From the human T2T-CHM13v2.0 reference genome, Homo sapiens: DNA of 64,000 bases. The notes beneath the pieces were generated by a model that searched no databases, was not told the DNA's origin, and was given only the letters and a program-made list of their open reading frames with translations. Positions 50,136 to 64,000 of this stretch are shown here, in pieces; position 1 is the stretch's first letter; the number at the start of each line of letters is the position of its first letter. The translations under genes were made by a program, and so were the position numbers. The stretch lies in NCBI RefSeq assembly GCF_009914755.1, contig NC_060941.1, one strand, 5' to 3'.

Positions 50136-52169
50136 TTATCTCTGTGTCTCTGTGGACCCCTGGTGGGGGGCAGCAGGAAGAGCCAAATGCATGGAAAAGG
50201 GAGGGCAGGGCGGACGCAACAGGGAAAGCAGGCTGTGCTTGTAAATCATCCAGAACGTCCATGAGGTCATCAGTCACTCAGCTCATCCTCTCCACAGAGG
50301 GACAAGTTGTGGCCAGAGGAAGGCAGGGACTCCTCTGTGGTCATTCGGCAATCGGTGAAGTGGCAGTCTTGAGCTTGAATCTTCCCAGTTCAGCACCTGT
50401 AGACCCTCCCAACCCAGCCCCATGACAACCCTGCCCCAAGTGCACCAGTGCGTTCCTGTGGCTGAGGCAGCAGGAGCACCAAAAGGTATACTAAAGCATC
50501 CTTGGCATGGGGGCAGGGGCATCAGCCCAGCATGGAGGCACAATTCTGGTGCTATGGCAGTCATGGCTGCATCCAGGGGCCTGAGCTGCCGTCCAGAAAT
50601 TTGGAGAGAATGGGCTGTCCGGAGAGGTAGTGAAATCCTGGGCGCAGGAGGTATTCAAGCTGCTGTGGAAAGGGAGGAGGCTAGATTAGCTGAGAGTTCC
50701 AGCCACTGCCATGAATCCAATCTGTGGATTCCACACTCCAGCTCTGGGAGGGCAAAGACCTGGATCCTGCCCCAAGGAGGACTGCCCGGAGTCCCAGTGC
50801 ACCTGTCTCTTCCTGGCCCTTCTCAGTCATCCTGAATAGGTGGGGACAGAGCGCGCATGTGTGCGTATGTGTAAAGGGGAGAAGTGAGGAAACTAGAATG
50901 TGTCTGGTTCCTAGAATGGCTTCTCCTGCCTCCCCCACATGCTTGGCCTGAAGGGATGGGGTTATGGGTTTGGAGGATGAGGGGTCCACTTTCCTGAGCT
51001 CAGCACCTTGCACAGACCCCATGGAAGTGACTCCACAATTGTGTTTCCCCTCAAGTCCTGACTCAATCTGGTGTGTGCAAATGACCTGGAAGTAGAACCA
51101 GGTCCTAAAAGGCAAAGAGCTTTAAGAGGGTGCAGCTGCTTGGCTCAGATTGATTTTTTGTTTTTGGAGACAGGTGTTGCTCTGTCACCCAGGCTGGAGT
51201 GCAGTGGCATGAGCACAGCTCACCGTAGCCTTGACCTCCTGGACTCAAGCGATCCTCCTGCCTCAGCCTCTGAAGTAGCTGAAACTACAGGCACATGCCA
51301 CCATGTCCAGCTAATTTTTTTATTTTTGTACAGACAGGGTCTTGGTATGTTGCCCAGCCTGGTCTCAAACTCCTGAGCTCAAATAATCTGCTCACCTCAG
51401 CCTCCCAAAGTGCTCCGGATTACAGGTGTGAGCCACCATGCCCAACCTCAGGTTGATTCTTAAATCCAAGGGGTGTCTGGATAGAGAGATGGCTTCAGCA
51501 AGAGAACAGTTTGAGTCTGAATAAGGGAGCCTGAAGTCCCAGCATTTTATCTGGCAGCTTAAGGGGATGGGGTGAGAATGGGGAGAGGTGTGGATACTTC
51601 CTAGAGCCAGGAGTTCGCAACCTGGAGACATACCTGGGTCTGAGAGTAGGATCAGGGCAAGGGGCTCTGCCCCCACCAAGCCTCTCTCATGGCCAAGGGA
51701 GCCCCCAGAAGAGAGAGAGCCACCCTCACGCCCAGCTTCTCAGGGACAGGCCCTGGCCAGGTCCACCCCTTCCCCCGCTCTGCTCACCCTAGAAGAGCTT
51801 AGAAGTTCAGGAGGCAAAGGCGGCCCCCTATACTCTGCACGGTAAGGGGCAAAGGCACCTCTTTTTGTTGCTGTGCCAACTCTGACAGCCCAAGCTGGGC
51901 TGTTTGGTAGAAACTTGAGTGAGGTGGGACTGGGGGTGTGTCTAGCTGAAGCTCTCCTTTGAGGTTCCCACTTCTCTCACCTCTGCCCTCCCTCTGCGTT
52001 GGAGTCTCCCCTACGCTAGTGGTGGTGTGTGGGGTGAGGTGGGGGAAGGTTGCTGGGGGAGTGAGGGGAGGACCCTTCCACCCAGCAGCTGAGGTTTTTT
52101 CTCCCACAGCAGGAACTCCAGGGTTCCCCCTCCCCATCGAAGGACTGGTCCCTCCCCGGCCCACAGAAG

Positions 52170-53450
<1,281 letters not shown>

Positions 53451-55967
53451 TCGAGGTAAAAATGAACGGGGAGACACCTCTAAGGTGTACGCACGAGGAC
53501 GGCATAAAACCATTGGTCAGCTCCCTAATCTCACCGACCTCTCTCCCGCAAATTCCTTATCGCCCTCCTTTCTCCCTGCCCTTCCCTCAAAGTGTCAGTC
53601 AGGTTGTCCTCAGCCCAGAAGACTCTTCCTCCAGACATCCTCATGGCCGGCTCTGTCGCCCCCTGGAGGCATTAGCTCAAAATCCACCTTTTAAATGGGT
53701 CTTATCCTGACACCCCTGTTTAAAATTGCAACCCGGCAGCGTGCGGTAGATGACGCCTGTAATCCCAGCACTTTGGGAGGCCAAGGCGGGCGGATCACTT
53801 GAGCCCATGAGTTCGAGACCAGTGTGGGCAAAAGACAGAGAGCCCTGTCTCAACAATTTAAAAAATAAATTTAAAAAAATTGCAACTCAACCCTTCATCT
53901 TGCTTTTTCTTGCTCTATTTTTGCACTTTCTTTTTTCTTCTTCTTCTTTTTTTTTTTTTTTAGACAAGGTCTTGCTTTGTTGCCCAGGCTGCAGTATAGT
54001 GTAGGGATCATGGCTCACGGCAGCCTCAAACTCCTGGGCTCAGGCCATCCTCTTGCTTCAGCCTCCCAAGTAGCTAGGTCTACAGGTGCACACAACCATG
54101 CCCAGCTAAATTTTAATTTTTTGTAGAAATGGAGTCTTGCTAGGTGGCCCAGGCTGGTCTCAAACTCCTGGCCTCAAGCGATCTTCCTGCCTTGCCTCCC
54201 AAAGTGCTGGGATTACAGGTATGAGCTGCCACACCTGGCCTGCACTTTCTAACTTATATATTCTATATTTATTATATTTATGTCCGATCCCTTCCCAGCG
54301 GCATCTCCTCCCTCAGTGTAGGCGTCATTAATTGCAGCTGGGCTCTTTGCTTATTTTGTCTATTGATGGATCACAAGCACCTAGAACAGTGCCTGGCACT
54401 TAGCAGATACTCAATAATACATATTAAATGAATGACTAACAGTTACACACAGGAACGCCAGCCTGATGATTCACACACCCAATGCACAGAGAATTTTGTG
54501 CCTGCAACACACCATGATTCACAGACTACGATGCCCATAAACATGATGCACACCCCCAGAGCTCCTAAGCCCCTCAACCCTCTTTTAACCGGGAACTCCA
54601 CTCATCCCCACCATCCCAAGCAGGGATAAGAAGCCTTAGTAGCTGTCCTGACCATCAGAATGGCAGACGAGGCTGCCCTGGCCTAACCCCTTCATGCCCT
54701 TAGTGAGCCTGAGGAGGGCCCTTGGTGTCAGCCCCCATCCCCAGGCTCCTAGAGAATACAGCTGATAGGGGGCCCAAACATTACCATGGTGCTGGGCAGG
54801 TGCAGAGGAGCACAGCAAAGCGTCTCTGGCCAGGACCTGAGTCCCTTTATATTCCTAAGGATCCATGCCCCCTTTCCCGCTAAAGTTCCACTTCCAGCGC
54901 AGCCTTCTTTTCCTCCCCCTGTGTCATGACCTGAAAGTCCGGAACAGAGAGAAGGTGGGGGTGGAAGCACATGGGCTACCAGCTGTTCTGACCAGGGCAC
55001 AGTCCCTGCCAGGGGCCCAGAGGTGTGGGTGGCAGAGGAAGGGAGGCCTGGGGAATAGGGTAATGTTTTGCTCCAAGTATACAGATCCAAGGAGAAACTG
55101 GCTCTGGGGTTGAGAGGGGGCTGTGCTTTTCCCAGGGGCTACTGTCAGGGAGTTATGCTGAGACCAGATGCCCCTCCCCATCTGGCTAGATCCAAGGTGC
55201 CTCCTTTCCTTACAGGGCTGCTGTGGGGTCCCAGCACCCCTTATTCCCCTTCCCTAGGCCTGCTGCCATGGGGAAGGGGTGGGGTTATGGTTTCTGGTTT
55301 CAGGATTGCAGGCCCCACTGCACAGCTTGGAGATTTTCTCAGCCTGCCTGGCCATTTTGGAGCCCCTGAGGCATGACCTGCTAAGCCTTCTGGAGGGTGG
55401 TGGGTCTTGACTGCTTGGATGATGAACTTAGGCCTTGGCTGCCTCAGGCCACAGAGCCTCAGCTGTGTGGCCTGTCAGGTCGCCTCTACCCGTTCAATAT
55501 TGCCACCTTTCTGGGGCAAGGTTGTGAAATGTGCGCCGATTCTTCGTGCCCACCCCAACCCCAGAAGGGGCACACTAGGAAGAGCAAGGGCTTCTGGGTA
55601 GGAATCCTAAATTCACTACCTCCTGGCTGTGTGACCTTGATTAAGGGACATCATCTCCCCTGAGCCTCCACATCCTCATCTGTGAAATGGAGCTGGTTAG
55701 GACTGTTGTGAAGATGGATTTGGATTATGTAGCTCAGCCTTTGGACAGCTCCTGGCACATGCTAGATGATTAACAGGCGTGAGCCCCTCCATTCATGAAA
55801 GAAACGCTTTCTCCCATCTCCACTTCTGAAAGTGTCTCATCTTCTGGCCTCTTCTCCTTATTAAAACCCGCTCCTGGCCAGGCATGGTGGCTCATGCCTG
55901 TAATGCCAGCACTTTGGGAGGCTGAGGTAGGAGGATTACTAGAACCCAGGAGTTTGAAACTAGCCTA

Positions 55968-56312
<345 letters not shown>

Positions 56313-58229
56313 CTATGTGTGGGTGGCACATGCCTGTAGTCCCAGGTACTGGGGAGGCTGAGGTAGGAGGATTGCTTGAGACTGGGAAATTGAGGCTGCA
56401 GTGAACCAGGATTGCGCCACTGCACTTCCAGCCTGGGTGACAGAGCAAGACTCTGTCTCAAAACAACAACAAAAACAAACAAACAAGAAAACCCTGCTTT
56501 TGGTGGGGGTGTGAGAAACTCAATGTCAATGTCACTGAAGTTTATGGGATGGCTCAGTAGCCAAGTGAGACCAAGACTGCATTTCTATGGAGCCAATAAT
56601 CTCTAGAAAAAGAAATGAGATTACCATGAAAAAATTCCATAGTACAGGGTGGGAGGAGATATCTAGGGACCAGTGTACCCTAAATACCAGTAAACAGGCT
56701 ATTCCTTATTCCCATTAGTCACAGCCCAGTGCTGAACATCCCCCCGCCCCTACAAGAGCTCAAACGATGTGTCCTTTTGCAGTCTCAGCTGTCCTAACAA
56801 ACCCAGGCTCTTTTGCAGGCACTGAGGGCTCTCAGCCCCTCACTCTTCTGGACTCCCTTACTAATTCCGGGAACTGTGGAGGGTTATGGGGAGGGAGGAA
56901 AGGTGGAAGAAAGGAAAGGAGGACGCTCAGAGGCTGCCTGCCAACCTCTGAGGGCAGGAGGCAGTGGTGGCAGCGCTGTGATGGGCAGGACGAGGGAATG
57001 CGGCTTGAGGACACAGCTCCAGGTGGGTATCCCTGTCAATCACCCCTTAAACTCTGACTGAAAGCTGCCATTTAAATGGACCTTCCAAATTCACTGTGGA
57101 GTATGTGCCCAGGTTCCCAGAGAGCAGCAGGACAGGGGCTCCAAGTTGGTGTGTGACCATTTGGACCGGCCCATTTCCAGGGCCCCTGAGATAAGCCCCG
57201 TGGGCTTCCTGTGAGGCATGATGGTTCTCAAATATCATTCTCTGCTACCCACTGTGGAACAGACCCAGTAATAGTGATCTTGAGTCTCCTGGCTGACTTG
57301 CCCCAGACTGACCATCCAACCCACTCTGGGACCACCGCTACTCCTCTCTGCTGGGGGTGGCCCAAACCTGGCCTCCCAGGGGCTCACTCCTTCCTACCTG
57401 CCCTCCAGTGCATCTGGGGTGCTGGTGACATCCCGAGAGAGACAGAGAGAGAGGCCATTAGCTAGGCTGCAGACCGTGGAGAGCAGCTGGCCTAGGAGGG
57501 GCCTGGCTGCCCTGTACAGCATCACTGCCTTTTTTTTTTAAAGTCCCATAGAAGCCCTTTCCCCTTGGTGAGGGAGTCTCATGGTGTCCTGTGTTCTGCC
57601 CTCTAGACTGCATGCTTCCTGAGGGCAGCTGGGGTCTTGTTCAGCTCTGAACTTTCAGCATCTGGCACAGTGCCCAGCTCACCGTGGGCCTCCTTGGATG
57701 CTTAGGGGGTGGGTGGAGGTGGGAGGGAGGCAGGAGGAAGGGAGGGAGGAGCAGAAGGGAAGGAGGGACTCATGGATCAATGGATGTGACCCACAAAGGG
57801 ACAAAGGGACAGATGAATGAGCGAACAAATACATGGCCTGGCTCACCTCCTCGGGCCTGGAAGCAGCTGCCACCCATGCTCACGTGTCCATGTGCTTAGC
57901 TTCACATGTGGATGTGGAAGAGGCAGAGGGAGGAAACCGAGGGACCCCCCATCTCATCTGTGGGCTCCTCCAAAACGGGCTTGTGTCTCCTCCTCTCTTG
58001 GATCTTCCTTGCTCCTCTGCTCCCCCAAACCTGAGGCTGGGCCACACCTGGCCTTCAACTGCCCCTTATTACCTCCCAGGACTCTTCTCATCTGGGACTT
58101 GCTAGGGCAGGAAGGGCAGTGTGGCCTGGGCACAGGGGCCAGGGAAGAGGAAAAGGTGGCCTCTCCCAGCCTCCTCCTCCCCCCAGCGTTCTTCTCCCAG
58201 CCCTCCTCCTCCCTGGCCCTCCTCCCCAC

Positions 58230-58516
58230 CTCTCCTGAGCGGGCCCATCCTGCCCTCTAGGCTACAGTTCCAGCGCTCACGACGGAGCTGGAACTCAGGA
58301 TGGAACTCAGGATGGGACTGAAACTGGAGCAGGCCCAGGTGTGCAGCGTCCCGCAGGGTCTCAGCCAGGTAGGGGTCCCTCCAGCAGAGCTGCTTCTGCC
58401 GCTGGGAAAACTTCAGCATCAGCAGGTCACACTGCTTCAGGTTGGCCCCACCCCGTGTTGGGGCCACCGCAGCGCCCAATCCTGGGAATGGCGTCAAGAC
58501 CTCCCACCCCGTCAGG
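58230..58516 (-). pseudogene. Orphan duplicated WNT9B exon 2 with intronic flanks
   Basis: LTGWEVLTPFPGLG..GGANLKQCDLL..RQKQLC..LAETLRDAAHLGLL..ERWNCSLEGRMG..RG matches WNT9B. Acceptor cttcttgccctctccAG and donor G|GTgggg are intact. No other WNT exon is seen in the window. Confidence 0.88.
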
Positions 58517-59801
58517 CTGGAGAGGGCAAGAAGAGGGAGATGGGTGAGCCTTGGGGATGGTGGCGTGGGGCAGATGAAGGGAAGGGGGCCTTCTCGGGGG
58601 CTTCATTTACTGCCCTTCTGGGTGGCAGGCTGACCCCATGGGGGTCCCATCCCCATTTTACAGATTAGGAAACCAAAGTTCCTGGAACAAGGTTTGCTGC
58701 AGGACCTTAAACCCAAGTTTTCCAGATTCCGATCTCTGCTCTTCTTATCCACCCTGTTTCCCAAACTTGCCCAGTTAGAAAAATCATCTGGAGTGCTTAT
58801 TAAAAATACACTTTCCCAGGATCCATGCTGGGCAATTCGGAGTCTACTGGTCTGGAATTGAGCCTGGAAATATGTATATTTACCACATTCCCCGGCTAGC
58901 TTTTGTGATCCAAGAAGTTTGGGAAATAGCGCACATAGTATTTGTCGCTGCCTGGCCAGGAGAGCCACATTCCTAAGAGGAGGCCGGCAGAGGGGATGTG
59001 CACATTGAGCGGACACCCAGCCAAGGTCCCCTGACATCCCTCTCTCCCTTACATAATGTTGCTGCCCAGGTAATCCCATACCAATCTAACATGTTTCCAT
59101 ACTTCCCAGATAGACCTTCAACCATCTGACCACTTGGTGCCTGCTACAAATAGATGCCTGGGGAGGGAAGGGGAGGAAAAGAAAGGAGGGAAGGGGAGGA
59201 AAGGAAAGAAGGGAAGGGAGGAAGGACTGATGGATGGTTGGATGAAGGTGAAGGAGCTGAATTCCCATCAGGCCATCAATCCCAGACTTCTTGTTCTCCT
59301 AGATCCAAAGTTCATCGATTCTGGAGCCAAGCTGCCAAATTCTAAGACTGACTTTATAGCTGTGCGGTTTCCTTGGTTTTTCTCTTCTGGAAATTGGGGA
59401 GAGTGATCTTCTCTACCTCCTAGGGTTGCTGGGAGGATTATATGAAATGGACTAACCACATGCAGGCCTACCTTCCTGCTAACTGGAGTTTCCGAAATTT
59501 CTCTCATTTTGCAATATGCTTTACTCTCCAACTAAGCAGAGTCTCCCCTTTGTCCAGATATGGAAATGATGGTTTAATGAGGAGGCTGCAACTGGCTTGG
59601 TCATTCAACATATTGGCAGCAGGGTGGAAATTGGAATTAGAGCTTGCCTTCCTTCTTCCCAGAAACTGTGAGATAGCTCTGCTGCTTCAAAATGTTTGCT
59701 GTCCTATACCCTGGTGGCCCCCAGTGTGGGTGGAATATACATCATTCCAGGACTCCCCCCCACCGAAAGAAGTAACCCCATTCTGGGGCATCCTGACCTC
59801 A

Positions 59802-60152
<351 letters not shown>

Positions 60153-60974
60153 TTAGAGCTCCTGCTTGGATGTGGCACTTGCCACTGTTGCTCAGGTGCC
60201 ACTGGCCAAGGCAAGTCCTGTGGTCAAGCCAGGAGTGGTTAGAGAGGCCCACATCCCTCTGAGCCAAGGGCACAGCTCTCCTGTTTGAAGCCACCTGCCT
60301 TAGCCAGGATGTCTGGCTGGATGCCACACCCTCTCTGTATGCCCCAGAAGTCAGAAGCCTCACCAGAGGTTATGCAGCCTGGCCAGGCCCCAGGTACCCT
60401 CAGAAATCACCCGTAGATTCCAGTCCCATCATGGAGCATATCTCCGAAACCCCCAAGCAGAGGTAGGTGCTATTGGGCTCCCCCTGGCCCAGCCTGGAGT
60501 TGGGCTCCTCTCCCAGACACGGTGAGGGTAGTAACCTGTTAATCATTAATCTGGGGGCAAATCGGTTCATTTCCAGTCCACCAGTTCTACACCCAAACCC
60601 CTCCCTGCAGCCTGGCAGGAAACCCTCAGAGCTTGACCCTTGGCAGGTCCAGAGCAGAACAGGATGTCAAGCCCAGCTGAGGAGGCCACGCCTTGACTGG
60701 TTTCCAGTGTGGAGGGCAGCTTGGGGGCTGCAGAGCTACCTCGCCTTCAAACGCCCTCCTCCTCACCCTTCTGCTCACACAGTTCCCGTGTTTCAGAAAC
60801 TAGACCTCCCTGGTAGCAGCTGATTGACTGACAGAGGGGAGAACAAGCAGGGAGTGATGGAAATTTTGGCCAATGAGGCTGCATATCCTTCAAGACCTGC
60901 CTCAAATGCCATTTTAATAGCTATTATTGTCATTATAGCTACATTCATATCATATGACATATGATATATAACAC

Positions 60975-61338
60975 ATTATTATTATTTTACTTAAGTTCTG
61001 GGATACATGTGCAGAACATGCAGGTTTGTTATATAGGTACACATGTGCCATGATGGTTTGCTGCACCCATCAACCCGTGATCTAGGTTTTAAGCTAAGCT
61101 GCATGCATTAGGTATTTGTCCTACTGCTCTCCCTCCCCTTGTCCCCCACCTCCCGACAAGCCCCAGTGTGTGATGTTACCCTCCCTGTGTCCTTGTGTTC
61201 TCATTGTTCAACTCCCACTTATGAGAACATGTGGTGTTTGGTTTTCTGTTCTGGTGTTAGTTTGCTGAGAATGATGGTTTCCAGCTTCATCCATGTCCCT
61301 GCAAAGGACATGAACTCATTCTTTTTTGTGGCTGCATA
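60975..61338 (-). mobile_element. 5'-truncated L1PA 3' end
   Basis: ttaagttctgggatacatgtgcagaacatgcaggtttgtt..gcaaaggacatgaactcattc, the antisense L1 3'UTR. Confidence 0.85.
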
Positions 61339-61348
61339 TTATTATTAA

Positions 61349-61693
<345 letters not shown>

Positions 61694-61858
61694 TGAAGGC
61701 TCAAAGTTGGTTTGTCTAACTAAAGGCGTCATCCTTGATTATGACCTCTGACATCTGGAGAGTGCCAGAATTCCCTAGGCTGCCCTTGGGGGGCTTAGGG
61801 AACCTCGTCTCTATAAAAAAAATGTAATAATTAACCGGGCGTGGTGGTGTGCACCTGT

Positions 61859-63157
<1,299 letters not shown>

Positions 63158-63566
63158 GCAGTAACATATAGTACAGTTCATAGCTTAGGAGCTGTAGGCC
63201 ATACCACATAGCCTAGGTGTGCTGTGGGCTATACCACCTGGGTTTGTGTAAGTATACGCTATGATGTTAGCACAAGGTGACATCACCTAATGACACATTT
63301 CTCAAGCTCCTCCTCATATGGCAAGCAATGCATGACTGTATATGAAAGCTCTTAAATAGGGATTAAGTTTCTAAATCTCTAAAAGAAAAAAGTCATTATT
63401 TACTGCATATGGACATTTTTTTTTTGAGATGGAGTTTCACTCTTGTTGTCAAAGCTGGAGTGCAATGGCAGGATCTTGGCTCACTGCAACTTCTGCCTCC
63501 CGGGTTCAAGCAATTCTTCTGCCTCAGCCTCCCATAGCTGTGATTACAGGCACCTGCCACCATGCT

Positions 63567-64000
63567 TGTTGTGGGAAGTCAGGGACCCCCCGAATGGAGG
63601 GACCTGCTGAAGCCGTGACAGAAGAACATAAATTGTGAAGATTTCATGGACATTTATTAGTTCCCCAAATTAATACTTTTACAATTTCTTATGCCTGTCT
63701 TTACTACAGTCTCTGAACATAAATTGTGAAAACTTCATGGACATTTATCACTCCCCCAATCAATACTCTTGTGATTTCCTGTGCCTGTCTTTAATCTCTT
63801 AATCCCATCATCTTCATAAGTTGAGGATGCCTGTCGCCTCAGGACCCTGTGATGGTTTCGTTAACTGCATAAATTGTTCGTAAAGCATGTGCATTTAAAC
63901 AATATGAAGTCTGAGTACCTTGAAGAAAGAACAGGATAACAGCGATGTTCAGGGAACAAGGGAGATAACCATTAGATCTGACTGCCTGGGAGCCAGGCGG
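63567..64000 (+). mobile_element. MER11 (HERV-K11/HML-8) LTR inserted in an Alu; runs off the window
   Basis: tgttgtgggaagtcagggacccc..agaagaacataaattgtgaagatttcatggacattta with the characteristic internal repeat. Confidence 0.85.

Noticed and set aside
51789-51889. Possible extra minus-strand exon (aaacAG..ctagg|GTgagc) for the candidate gene
   Set aside because: Needs a weak donor overlapping the stop at 52172, and its translation resembles nothing I recognise.

Overview
Repeat-dense primate DNA. Three insertions with human-specific subfamily diagnostics (AluYa8, SVA_F, AluYb8) indicate it is human. I recognise it as the PYY2/PPY2P pseudogene cluster, from memory at 17q11.2 downstream of NLK. 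There is no intact conventional protein-coding gene. The main contents are: (i) a duplicated PYY-PPY block with PYY2 (~28.6-29.9 kb), PPY2P (~48.5-50.1 kb) and two far-upstream exons that I recall matching the long PYY 5'UTR; (ii) a full-length HERV-E provirus (likely ERVE-1) on the minus strand between them, nested in MaLR LTRs; (iii) an SVA_F with a short 5' transduction; (iv) an internally deleted L1PA; (v) an orphan WNT9B exon-2 copy with an open frame; (vi) MER41, THE1/MST, MER61 and MER11 LTRs and many Alus. The best candidate for something undescribed is a three-exon, minus-strand gene model at 52.2-53.2 kb. It has PYY/PPY-like exon architecture, a signal-peptide-like N-terminus and a PP-like motif (IKKYVGRL vs LRRYINML). 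Its start codon is ACG, and an AluYb8 interrupts it. Family assignments come from recalled consensus sequences, not from database searches.
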